A stretch of DNA of 64,000 nt from Dehalococcoidia bacterium (GTDB taxonomy: Bacteria > Chloroflexota > Dehalococcoidia > Lucifugimonadales > UBA3495), in contig JAJDWF010000114.1 of NCBI GenBank assembly GCA_022825745.1, forward strand, positions 4,515-68,514, read 5' to 3'. Positions 19,101 to 27,475 of this stretch are shown one piece after another (positions within the stretch are counted from its first letter, which is position 1; each line of letters starts with the position of its first letter). The notes beneath the pieces were generated by a model. The model saw only the letters and a program-made list of their open reading frames with translations. It was not told where the DNA came from and ran no database searches. The translations under genes were made by a program, and so were the position numbers.

Positions 19101-19188
19101 GGCTGCGGTTCCTCTTGATTCGGCGCATCATAGCAAAATTACCCGCTATAATCGCTGCATCCGAAAATGTAGCGAGGGAGGCAATCCC

Positions 19189-19965
19189 ATGGATTTGACC
19201 CTGAACGGGAAGGTAGCAATTATCACCGGCGGCAGCCGCGGTTTGGGTCGCCAGTGCGCGTTGGCGCTGGGGCAGGAAGGCTGCGCCGTGGGCATCTGCG
19301 GACGCGACAGCGACCAGGTGGGCAGGACGGTGGCGGAACTCCAGGGCCTGGGCATCAAGGCCAGCGGCAGCCAAGCCGACGTCACCAACCAGGACGACGC
19401 GGCCCGCTTTTTGCAGGAAACGACCGACGCGCTGGGCGCGCCGGACATCCTGGTGAACAACGTGGGCGGCCGGCGCGGTTCCGTGCTTTTCGACGAGACC
19501 TCCATGGAGCAGTTTCTGGAGGGGCTGGAGGTCAACCTGATCTCCGCGGTGCGGATGACCAAGCTGGCCTTGCCGCACATGCAGGCCCAGGGCTGGGGCC
19601 GCGTCATCAACATCGCGTCGATCTACGGCCGCGAGCACGGCGGGTCGGTGGACTACATGACGGGCAAGGCGGGGATGATCGCGTTTTCCAAGCACCTGGC
19701 GCTGCAACTGGCGCAGACCGGCGTGCTGGTCAACTGCGTCGCGCCCGGCAGCATCGACTTTCCCGGCAGCAGTTGGGACCGCTTCCAGCAGAACAACACC
19801 CCCGAGGTGGTGGCCGAGTTCATCGACCGCAACCTGCCCATGGGCAAGTTCGGCTGGCCGGAACCCATCGGCGAGACGGTGGCGTTCCTGGCCTCGGACC
19901 GGGCCGGGCTGATCACCGGCGCGTGCATCAACGTGGACGGCGGGCAGTCGAAATCGCTGTTCTAG
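19189..19965 (+). CDS. SDR family oxidoreductase (FabG-like)
   Basis: MDLTLNGKVAIITGGSRGLGR (TGxxxGxG), NNVG, and a YxxxK region (YMTGKAG). GAGGGAGG SD; TATAAT at 19146-19151. Confidence 0.85.
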   Translation: MDLTLNGKVAIITGGSRGLGRQCALALGQEGCAVGICGRDSDQVGRTVAELQGLGIKASGSQADVTNQDDAARFLQETTDALGAPDILVNNVGGRRGSVLFDETSMEQFLEGLEVNLISAVRMTKLALPHMQAQGWGRVINIASIYGREHGGSVDYMTGKAGMIAFSKHLALQLAQTGVLVNCVAPGSIDFPGSSWDRFQQNNTPEVVAEFIDRNLPMGKFGWPEPIGETVAFLASDRAGLITGACINVDGGQSKSLF

Positions 19966-20783
19966 CCGGGTTGGTGCACCGTCCCCACGAATTCCTGCCA
20001 GGCCAGCACGCACTGCGCCGGCGCTGAGTGCTGGACGTAGCCGCCGGCGCCGGGGATGCGGGCCAGCGTGCAGTTGGGCATGAGGTCGGCCTGACCCTGG
20101 GCGCGGTCGGGGATGTCGCCCTCGCTTAGTTCGCCGACCATCGCCAGGGCCGGCGTTTGGATGGACGGCAGCCGGTCGGTGAGGTTCTGTGTGCCCAGGT
20201 AGGCGAGGGTCTCCAGCACCACGTGGCGGGCGGTCTGGCCCATCTGCTGGATGTACCACTCGTGATGCTCGGGAGCGGCGTCGGCGCTGACCCGCCGGCC
20301 GCCGGTGGCGCGGGCCCAGCCCTCAGTGCCTTCCTCCTGCACCAGCCGGTAGTAGTTCTGGTAGGTGTCCACGCCGGTGAAGTTGTAGGGCGAGGTGCAA
20401 GTGGTTACGGTGTGCAGGCGCTCGGGGTACTGGTAGGCGAACTGCAACGCGATAGTGCCGCCGATGGTCTCGCCTATGAGGTGCGCCCGGTCCACCTCCA
20501 GGTAATCGAGCAGGTTTCGCAGGTCGCCGGCGAAGCCTTCCAGCGACCAGTCGTAACTGTCCGGCGCCGGCACCGTGGAGCGTCCGAACCCGCGCGCATC
20601 GACGCGGATTACGCGGTATTGGCGGGCCAGCAGGGGCGGCCAGGCGTACCAGAGGCGGCCGTTCTTGGCGTTGCCGTGGTGGAGCACGATGGTCTCCACC
20701 GTCGCCGGGTCGCGCCACGGGTCGGTGAAGTTATCGTCGTCGTAGTACATCTCAAGGTTGTCAGCAAGGGGCGCGATGGGCAT
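19962..20783 (-). CDS. Alpha/beta hydrolase fold protein
   Basis: IVLHHGNAKNGRLWY..RVDARGFGRS..HLIGETIGG (nucleophile elbow-like GxxxG). ATG 20783 after AGGAGG. Confidence 0.8.
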   Translation of the reverse strand: MPIAPLADNLEMYYDDDNFTDPWRDPATVETIVLHHGNAKNGRLWYAWPPLLARQYRVIRVDARGFGRSTVPAPDSYDWSLEGFAGDLRNLLDYLEVDRAHLIGETIGGTIALQFAYQYPERLHTVTTCTSPYNFTGVDTYQNYYRLVQEEGTEGWARATGGRRVSADAAPEHHEWYIQQMGQTARHVVLETLAYLGTQNLTDRLPSIQTPALAMVGELSEGDIPDRAQGQADLMPNCTLARIPGAGGYVQHSAPAQCVLAWQEFVGTVHQPG

Positions 20784-20796
20784 GGTTACCTCCTTA

Positions 20797-21174
20797 TTAC
20801 ACGCCAAGCCCGCCGCCCGGCGTCTGGTCGGCCAGCGGGATTTGCACGCTGACGCGGTCAACGTCGCCGACGCTGCGGGTGGTATGGCCGCGACCGGTCA
20901 GGTCTTCGCACAGCTCGATGTCGCCCACGTTGAAGATGCGCTTCGTGCCGTCGCCCAGGCCGATTTCCACCTGGCCCTGCAGGGTGATGACGTACTGGCG
21001 GCGCGGCGCGGTGTGGAAGTCCACGAGTTGGGTGGGCTTGAGGCGGCTGAACTGAACGCCGGTGGCGGCCTCCGTCGCCGTGCGCATGGCGTGGCCCACC
21101 TGCTCGAAGGGAAGGTCAAGGTCCTCGATGTGCGACTCGCCGTCCTCGCCCGTGTAAATCCTGACTACCTGCAT
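20797..21174 (-). CDS. Cupin-domain small protein
   Basis: MQVVRIYTGEDGESHIEDL..DFHTAPRRQYVITLQGQVEIGLGDG is a cupin-like beta pattern. SD GGAGG before ATG 21174. Confidence 0.6.
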   Translation of the reverse strand: MQVVRIYTGEDGESHIEDLDLPFEQVGHAMRTATEAATGVQFSRLKPTQLVDFHTAPRRQYVITLQGQVEIGLGDGTKRIFNVGDIELCEDLTGRGHTTRSVGDVDRVSVQIPLADQTPGGGLGV

Positions 21175-21327
21175 CTGCTTAAACCTCCGGTTCCCGTTTC
21201 GGATGCGGCCATCATAGCACCTGATATACCGACGCGGGGAATCGCATTTGCCTGCCTTGTCGTTAGCAAATACAATGGAGCGTAGTGCGGATAATTGATC
21301 ACCGGCGCGCCTCGCAATGGACAGGCT

Positions 21328-21621
21328 GTGCATATCATAGCGAAAAGGACACTCAGGGAATTTTGGGAGACACATCCTGATGCTGAAACTGCGCTCCGGG
21401 ATTGGCACTCGGAAGTCGAACGAGAGGATTGGGCAACGCCGGCTCACCTACGCCAGCGTTATCCCAACGCCAGTATTATCGGCAGAGATCGCGCGGTTTT
21501 CAGGATCAGAGGCAACAATTATCGGCTGGTCGTGAGGATTTTCTATCCGGCCCGTACAGTGTATATCCGGTTCGTGGGAACCCACGCAGAATACAACCGC
21601 ATCAACGTCGCGGAGGTCTAA
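21328..21621 (+). CDS. higB: Type II toxin HigB (HigB/RelE-fold mRNA interferase)
   Basis: VHIIAKRTLREFWETHPDAETALRDWHSEVEREDWATPAHLRQRYPNASIIGRDRAVFRIRGNNYRLVVRIFYPARTVYIRFVGTHAEYNRI matches the HigB-toxin family pattern. GTG start at 21328. Confidence 0.75.
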   Translation: MHIIAKRTLREFWETHPDAETALRDWHSEVEREDWATPAHLRQRYPNASIIGRDRAVFRIRGNNYRLVVRIFYPARTVYIRFVGTHAEYNRINVAEV

Positions 21622-21623
21622 CA

Positions 21624-21839
21624 ATGGCAAGCCTAAACCCCATTTGTACAGAAGCCGACTATGACTCCGCGTTGGCGCGGGTCACTGTGCTCATGGACGC
21701 CCTTACTACCCCGGACGGCCAGATTGACGACGTAGATCATCCCAGCCGGGTTGAGTTGGATGAGCTCGTAGCCCTAATTGAGGCGTATGAGGACGAACAC
21801 CATCCTATCGGAACTCCCAACCCGGCTGCTGCCATCTAG
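21624..21839 (+). CDS. higA: HigA-family antitoxin, N-terminal fragment only (71 aa, no HTH domain)
   Basis: MASLNPICTEADYDSALARVTVLMDALTTPDG..ELDELVALIEAYEDEHHPIGTPNPAAAI* matches the N-terminal part of COG5499-type HigA. The ORF stops where the Xre-type HTH normally begins, and overlaps the 3' end of narK. Confidence 0.55.
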   Translation: MASLNPICTEADYDSALARVTVLMDALTTPDGQIDDVDHPSRVELDELVALIEAYEDEHHPIGTPNPAAAI

Positions 21840-23218
21840 TCGGCTGCCGCCGGCATGGCTGCGCTGCGGGCGGCCAGGGCGTTGTTGAGCGCGGTGCGTT
21901 CGGCCCGCTCGGTTTCCGGCGAGAAGCGCACCACGAATACCAGCGCCGACGCTATCAGCACCACTACGCCGACGATCATCAGCGCGTCCGTGTAGGTCAG
22001 GCCCTCCGCGCGGAACAGGAACCCGAAGGCCACCGCGCCGGCGTTGCCGCCCGCGCCCACGATGCCGGCCACCGAACCCAGCGCCTTGCGGTTGATGAAC
22101 GGAACCACCGAGAAGGTCGCGCCTTCGGACATCTGCACGAACAGGCTGAATATGATCATCGCGCCCACTGCCAGGAACAGCGTCGCCATCTGCGAGAACA
22201 GCAGGAGCGCGATTCCTTCCAACAGCAGCACGCCGCCCAGGAACATCACGCGGCCCTTCAGCCCGAACTTGATGCCCATCTTGTCGCCGAACATGCCGCC
22301 CAGCGTGCGGGCGAAGATGTTCATCAGACCGAACGTGCCGGCGATGATGCCGGCGGTGGCCAGGTTCAACTCAAAGCGGTCGTAGTAGTACAGCGCGGCG
22401 ATGTTGTTGATGGTCAGCTCGACGCCGAAGCATGCGCCGTAGATGACGAACAGCGCCCACACGCGGTAGTCCCGGGCCGCTTCCCAGAAGGAGCCTTTGA
22501 CCTGGGACGCCGACGGCATCAGGCCCCGCGCCCGCAGGTCCTTGTAATTTCCGGCCGGGCTGTCCTGGGTGAGGAAGAAGTACGCGACGCCCATGAGCAG
22601 CAGGGCGGCGCCCGGTATTACCATGGCGACGCGCCAGCCCCAGACCTCGCCGACGCCGAACATGAGCACCAGGGTAAGCACGAATGGCATCACTGCCTGG
22701 GTCACGCCGCCGCCCATATTGCCCCAGCCGGCGGTGGTGGCGTTGGCGGTTCCGACCACGTTGGGGGCGAACATCACCGACGTGTGGTACTGGGTGATGA
22801 CGAAAGAGGCGCCGATTACGCCGATGGCGAGGCGGAACAGCAGGAAGGTCTCGTAGTTCTGCGCCAGCCCGATGCACATTACCGGAATGGAACCCAGCAC
22901 CAGCAAGCCGCTGTAGGCCAAGCGCGGGCCGACGCGGTCGCACAGCCAGCCGATGACCAGGCGCGCCACGATGGTGATCGCCACCGACGCGATGATGGTG
23001 TTGCCAATCTGCGCCTTGGTGAGCAGCAGGTCTTCGCGCACCACCGCCATCAGCGGGGCGATGCCGAACCAGCCGAAGAAGCACAGGAAGAACGCGAACC
23101 AGGTCAGGTGGAACGTCCGCATCTGCGGCGTCGCCAGGCTGAACAGTTTGATGCCGGTGGCTTTGCCGCTTTCCAAAGCGGAAAGCGCGCCATGGCGTGC
23201 GGAACCCGATACGCTCAT
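21836..23218 (-). CDS. narK: MFS nitrate/nitrite transporter (NarK/NasA-type)
   Basis: TFHLTWFAFFLCFFGWFGIAPLM, GTANATTAGWGNMGGG (NNP signature-like). ATG 23218 overlaps the upstream stop (ATGA). Confidence 0.85.
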   Translation of the reverse strand: MSVSGSARHGALSALESGKATGIKLFSLATPQMRTFHLTWFAFFLCFFGWFGIAPLMAVVREDLLLTKAQIGNTIIASVAITIVARLVIGWLCDRVGPRLAYSGLLVLGSIPVMCIGLAQNYETFLLFRLAIGVIGASFVITQYHTSVMFAPNVVGTANATTAGWGNMGGGVTQAVMPFVLTLVLMFGVGEVWGWRVAMVIPGAALLLMGVAYFFLTQDSPAGNYKDLRARGLMPSASQVKGSFWEAARDYRVWALFVIYGACFGVELTINNIAALYYYDRFELNLATAGIIAGTFGLMNIFARTLGGMFGDKMGIKFGLKGRVMFLGGVLLLEGIALLLFSQMATLFLAVGAMIIFSLFVQMSEGATFSVVPFINRKALGSVAGIVGAGGNAGAVAFGFLFRAEGLTYTDALMIVGVVVLIASALVFVVRFSPETERAERTALNNALAARSAAMPAAAD

Positions 23219-24678
23219 TTTGCCATCTCCAGTTTGTTTCTGCCCAAGTCCAACACTGCCTGCACCTGGGGCTTGCAGGAACCGCAGCCGGAGCCGGCTC
23301 GGGTCGCGTCGCAGACCGCCTTGAGGCTGCCGCAACCTTCCTCCGTCGCTGCGGCCATGATGCGGCCCTTGGTTACGCCGTTGCAGTCGCAGATGCGGGC
23401 GGCGTCCGGCAGGTCTTCAACTTTCATGGGCAGCCCGGCGTCGCCGGCCATGGGGAACAGCAACTCCGAGCGGTTTTCCGGCAGCGCTTCCTGCCGGTCA
23501 AAGGCTTGCAAAATCCGCGGCGCGGCGGATCCGTCGCCCAACAGGATGGCGCCCGTTACCTTGCCGTCGCGCACGATGACCTTCTTGTACACGTGGCGGT
23601 TGGGTTCCACGTAGGTGACCACCTCGTCGTCCTCGGTGAGCGCGTCCTTGTCGCCGGCCACGGCGAGTTCCACGTCCATCACCTTGAGCTTGGTGGCGAT
23701 CCGCGAGCCGGTGTAGGAAGCTTCGGCGTTGCGTCCGGCCAGGCGCTCCGCCAGCACTCGCGCCTGGTCCCACAGCGGGGCCACCAGTCCGTAGGTCTGG
23801 CTGCGATGCTCGGCACACTCGCCGATGGCGTAGATGTTCTGGTCGTTGCGGCAGGCGAGGCTGTCGTTCACCAGGATGCCCCGGCGCACGTGGAGGCCGG
23901 CCATCCGCGCCAGGTCAACGTTGGGCCGGATGCCGGCGGAAATCACCACCATGTCGCAGTCCAGCGTCGAGCCGTCCTTGAACTCCAGGCCGGCGACGCG
24001 GTCGTCGCCCAAGATGGCCGTGGTCAGCTTTTCCAGGTAGAACTGCACGCCCGGCCCTTCCAGGCTGCGCATCAGCAACTCGCCGGACTTCGGGTCAAGC
24101 TGCTGGTCCATCAGCCAGGCCATGAGGTGGACGACGTGCACTTCCATGCCCCGGTTCAGCAGGCCCCGGGCTGCTTCCAGTCCCAGCAGCCCGCCGCCGA
24201 TGACGGCGACCGACTGCGCGCCCGAGGCCGCGTAGTCGATAATCTCTTTGCAGTCTTCCAGGGTGCGGAACACGAACGCGCCCTTCTTGTACGCGCCCTC
24301 ATCGGTGATCAGCCCGTCCATGGGGGGCACGAAGGGGCTGCTGCCGGTGGCGATGACCAGCTTGTCGTAGGGCATCAAGACCCCGCCGGCTCCGTAGGCC
24401 ATCTTGCCCTTGCGGTCGATGCCGATGACGCGGACGCCGGTGTGCAATTCCACGCCGTTAGCGGCGTACCAGTCCACCGGGTTGATGAATATGTCGTCGG
24501 GGTTGTGGGAACCGGACAGCACGCCGGACAGCAGGATGCGGTTGTAGTTGCCGCACTCCTCCTCGCCGATGACGGTGATGTCGTACTGCTCCTGGCCGCC
24601 CAACGCGACCATTTCCTCGACGAAACGGGCGCCGGCCATGCCGTTGCCAATGACTACCAGTTTCTGCTTGTCGGTCAT
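23215..24678 (-). CDS. FAD/NAD(P)H-dependent electron-transfer subunit of assimilatory nitrate reductase (NirB N-terminal-like + BFD-type [2Fe-2S]); no sirohaem domain
   Basis: KLVVIGNGMAGARF (GxGxxG), a second dinucleotide fold VAVIGGGLLGLEAA, and the C-terminal CDCNGVTKG..GSGCGSC BFD-like motif. 487 aa only. Confidence 0.8.
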   Translation of the reverse strand: MTDKQKLVVIGNGMAGARFVEEMVALGGQEQYDITVIGEEECGNYNRILLSGVLSGSHNPDDIFINPVDWYAANGVELHTGVRVIGIDRKGKMAYGAGGVLMPYDKLVIATGSSPFVPPMDGLITDEGAYKKGAFVFRTLEDCKEIIDYAASGAQSVAVIGGGLLGLEAARGLLNRGMEVHVVHLMAWLMDQQLDPKSGELLMRSLEGPGVQFYLEKLTTAILGDDRVAGLEFKDGSTLDCDMVVISAGIRPNVDLARMAGLHVRRGILVNDSLACRNDQNIYAIGECAEHRSQTYGLVAPLWDQARVLAERLAGRNAEASYTGSRIATKLKVMDVELAVAGDKDALTEDDEVVTYVEPNRHVYKKVIVRDGKVTGAILLGDGSAAPRILQAFDRQEALPENRSELLFPMAGDAGLPMKVEDLPDAARICDCNGVTKGRIMAAATEEGCGSLKAVCDATRAGSGCGSCKPQVQAVLDLGRNKLEMAK

Positions 24679-26804
24679 TTCGCGCCCTCCGTGCTTTCAA
24701 TCCGCGCCGCGCAAATCTTGAACTCCGGCATACGGCTGGTGGGGTCCAGCGCCGGATTGGTGAGCCGGTTCACCGCCTGCATCCCGCCCCAGTGGAAGGG
24801 CGCGAAGATGGTGTCCTCGCGGATGTTGCGCGTGATCTTCACCGTGAAATCCGCTGCGCCGCGCCGGGTGCTAACCCGCACCGAACTCCCGTCGCCGATG
24901 CCATAACGCCGTGCGGTGAGCGGGTGCATTTCGGCCAGGGGCGACGGCGTCATGTCGCTCAGTTCCGGGATCCGCCGCGTCTGCGTGCCCGACTGGTACT
25001 GCGCCAGGTTGCGGCCGGTGGTCAGATAGAGCGGGTATTCGGCGTCGGGTTCCTCGGCCGGCGATGCGTGGCGTACTGCGTGGAACCGCGCCTTGCCGCT
25101 GGCCGTGGGGAACCCGTCCGTGAACATCCGCGGCGTGCCGGGGTGATCGGGGCCGGGGCATGGCCAAAAGACTCCGTCGTTGGCTTCGACTTTTTCGTAG
25201 GTAATGCCGGAATAGTCCGCCGGTCCGCCGGCAGAGGCGCGGCCCAACTCGGCGAAGATCTCGGCGGTGTCGGCGTAGTCGAAGTGGTTGCCCTTGCCCA
25301 GCAGCCAGGCCAGATTGCAGATGGTGGTTACGTCGTCCTGCACTCCGGCCGGCGGCGCGAACGCCCGACGCCGACGAATCACGCGGCCTTCCAGGTTGGT
25401 CATCGTCCCCTCTTCCTCCGCCCACTGCGCCGACGGCAGCACGACGTCGGCCAGCGCCGCCGTTTCTGACAGGAAAAAGTCGGACACCACCAGGAAGTCC
25501 AGTGACTTTAGCCGCTCTTCCACGTTGATGACGTTGGGCGCGGACACCACCACGTTGGAACCCATCACCAGCAATGCCCGCACACCGCTTGATCCGTCGG
25601 AGTCCGGGTGACCCAGGCTGTCCAGCAGTTCGAAGGCCGACTTGCCCGGCCCAGGCAGAGATTCCTCGGCTACTCCCCAAACTCCGGCCACGTGGCGGCG
25701 AGCCGCCGGGTCGGTAATCAGGCGATAGCCGGGCAGTTGGTCGGCTTTCTGGCCGTGTTCGCGTCCGCCCTGGCCGTTGCCCTGCCCGGTGAGGCAGCCG
25801 TACCCGCTCTTGGGCCGGCCGACCAGTCCCAAGGCCAGCGCGACGTTGATGAACGACAGGACGTTGTTGACGCCCTGCGACTGCTGCTCGGTACCGCGCC
25901 CCGTGAGAATCATGGCCGATGCCGCCGACCCGAGCATCCGGGCGGCCCGCAGCAGTTGCGCCTCCGGCACGCCGGTGATGCGCTCCACCCGCTCCGGCCA
26001 GTAGGTAGCGACCAGGTTGCGCACCTGCTCGAACCCCTCGGTGCGCTCGGCGATGTAGCCAGTGTCGATCAGGCCGTCGCGCACCAGGATGTGCAGCAGG
26101 CCGTTGGCGAGGGCGGCGTCCGTTCCGGGAATCAGGCGCAGGTGCAGGTCGGCCCGCTGCGCCGTGGGAGTCAGGCGCGGGTCGGCGACGATGAGCTTGC
26201 CGCCGTTTTCGCGCTGCGCCTCGAAATACTGCATGATGGGCGGCATGGTCTCGGCGGAGTTGCTGCCGAGCATCAGGACCACTTCCGCGCCGGCGATGTC
26301 CTCCAGCGGGAAGGGCAGCCCGCGGTCGATACCCAGCGCGCGGATGCTGGCCGCCGCCGCCGAGGACATGCAGAACCGTCCGTTGTAGTCAATGTTGGGC
26401 GTCTGCAAGGCGACCCGGGCGAACTTGCCCAGCAGGTAGCTCTTCTCGTTGGTCAGCGACCCGCCGCCGAAGATGCCGACCGCTTGCGGGCCGTAGCGCG
26501 CCCGCGTGTCACGGAAGGCTTGGGCGGTACGTTCCAGGGCCGTTTCCCAGCTGGTCGGATGAAGTTCGCCGTCGGAGCCGCGCATCAGGGGCGTCCGCAG
26601 CCGTTCGGGGTGCGCCAGCGCCGCGCCGGCGGTCCAGCCCTTGATGCAGAGCGCGCCCTTGTTCACCGGGAAGGAGGCGGAGCCGGTGATGAGCAGGTCG
26701 TCCGGCGTACCGGCCAAGTCCATGCCGCATTGGAAGGCGCAATAGGGGCAATGGGTGGCGGTGGTTGGCTGTAATTCCGTTTCCGACGGCTGCTCTGAAA
26801 TCAT
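24675..26804 (-). CDS. nasA: Assimilatory nitrate reductase catalytic subunit (molybdopterin oxidoreductase)
   Basis: N-terminal CPYCAFQCG..C Fe-S motif. MGD-oxidoreductase body with C-terminal FHWGG..NRLT. 4-nt overlap with the downstream gene. Confidence 0.85.
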   Translation of the reverse strand: MISEQPSETELQPTTATHCPYCAFQCGMDLAGTPDDLLITGSASFPVNKGALCIKGWTAGAALAHPERLRTPLMRGSDGELHPTSWETALERTAQAFRDTRARYGPQAVGIFGGGSLTNEKSYLLGKFARVALQTPNIDYNGRFCMSSAAAASIRALGIDRGLPFPLEDIAGAEVVLMLGSNSAETMPPIMQYFEAQRENGGKLIVADPRLTPTAQRADLHLRLIPGTDAALANGLLHILVRDGLIDTGYIAERTEGFEQVRNLVATYWPERVERITGVPEAQLLRAARMLGSAASAMILTGRGTEQQSQGVNNVLSFINVALALGLVGRPKSGYGCLTGQGNGQGGREHGQKADQLPGYRLITDPAARRHVAGVWGVAEESLPGPGKSAFELLDSLGHPDSDGSSGVRALLVMGSNVVVSAPNVINVEERLKSLDFLVVSDFFLSETAALADVVLPSAQWAEEEGTMTNLEGRVIRRRRAFAPPAGVQDDVTTICNLAWLLGKGNHFDYADTAEIFAELGRASAGGPADYSGITYEKVEANDGVFWPCPGPDHPGTPRMFTDGFPTASGKARFHAVRHASPAEEPDAEYPLYLTTGRNLAQYQSGTQTRRIPELSDMTPSPLAEMHPLTARRYGIGDGSSVRVSTRRGAADFTVKITRNIREDTIFAPFHWGGMQAVNRLTNPALDPTSRMPEFKICAARIESTEGAK

Positions 26805-26805
26805 G

Positions 26806-26839
26806 ATGGCCCTGCTCCCGTGTTGGTGAGCAAGGCCAT
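26806..26839 (-). promoter_or_regulatory. 12-bp-stem hairpin abutting the nasA start codon, sequestering the putative SD
   Basis: atggccctgctc (26806-26817) pairs with gagcaaggccat (26828-26839) with one mismatch and a 10-nt loop. On the mRNA strand the 3' arm contains GGGAG just before the ATG. Confidence 0.35.
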
Positions 26840-26954
26840 GGTAGGCGGAAAGTTTTACGGCCCGGTTGCCGTTCAGTTACGTACCGGTTGCGCTTCCGTT
26901 ACCTTTTCATAAACCCAGCGTGAATAGCCTGTTAAGGCCCCGGCCCCGGTGTAA

Positions 26955-27203
26955 TCAATCGGTGTAGAAATGCGCTCTGAGGTCTCGTTCCGGAACGAAC
27001 CGCGTAGCCTGCTTAAAGATTGAATGCAAAGTTCCTCGGGCAATTTCGCGATGGTGTGGAACTGTCAAGTTCTGTCTTTGCCCGGATTCGAGAATCCGCC
27101 TCAACTTCATGTGGCTACCCTTCTGTGAATAGACGTAAAAACCAAACTGCGCCATGATGGCAACTACATCGTCCCCGGACAGACGCCTAAGCCGCGGCAT
27201 CAC
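26955..27203 (-). CDS. hicA: Type II toxin HicA
   Basis: MPRLRRLSGDDVVAIMAQFGFYVYSQKGSHMKLRR..VPHHREIARGTLHSIFKQA is the HicA/YcfA pattern. Confidence 0.8.
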   Translation of the reverse strand: MMPRLRRLSGDDVVAIMAQFGFYVYSQKGSHMKLRRILESGQRQNLTVPHHREIARGTLHSIFKQATRFVPERDLRAHFYTD

Positions 27204-27423
27204 GCAACTCCATTTCCATAATTATGGAAAGCACGGGGTCGCTGGCCAAACCTAGTTCGGCGAGGTCTTCATCCTCCAGGTGCAGACTGACCGCTTCACG
27301 CAAGTTGGCGAGCGTCTCGTCCAGAGTGACACCTTGGGTCACTACGGCAACTTCGAGGCAGTTGGCTACGTAGTATCCGTCGCTGGGAAAAACGACGGCA
27401 TGGATGTTACGTGACAGGTTCAT
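27187..27423 (-). CDS. hicB: Type II antitoxin HicB (UPF0150-type)
   Basis: HAVVFPSDGYYVANCLEVAVVTQGVTLDETLANLREAVSLHLED is the HicB N-domain pattern. Overlaps hicA by 17 nt. Confidence 0.75.
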   Translation of the reverse strand: MNLSRNIHAVVFPSDGYYVANCLEVAVVTQGVTLDETLANLREAVSLHLEDEDLAELGLASDPVLSIIMEMELRDAAA

Positions 27424-27475
27424 GGTTTTATCCTCGTCATTGTCGTTTCTATTTTCTCACCGACTGACTGGTTGC

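Noticed and set aside
18832-20259. 475-aa minus-strand ORF across the SDR gene and the intergenic region
   Set aside because: It overlaps the SDR gene antisense and is a Pro/Arg/Gly-rich artefact. The SDR has an SD, a promoter and cofactor motifs.
23197-26774. Long plus-strand ORFs (23197..24906, 25608..26774) opposite nasB/nasA
   Set aside because: Antisense to translationally coupled nas genes, with no recognisable motifs.
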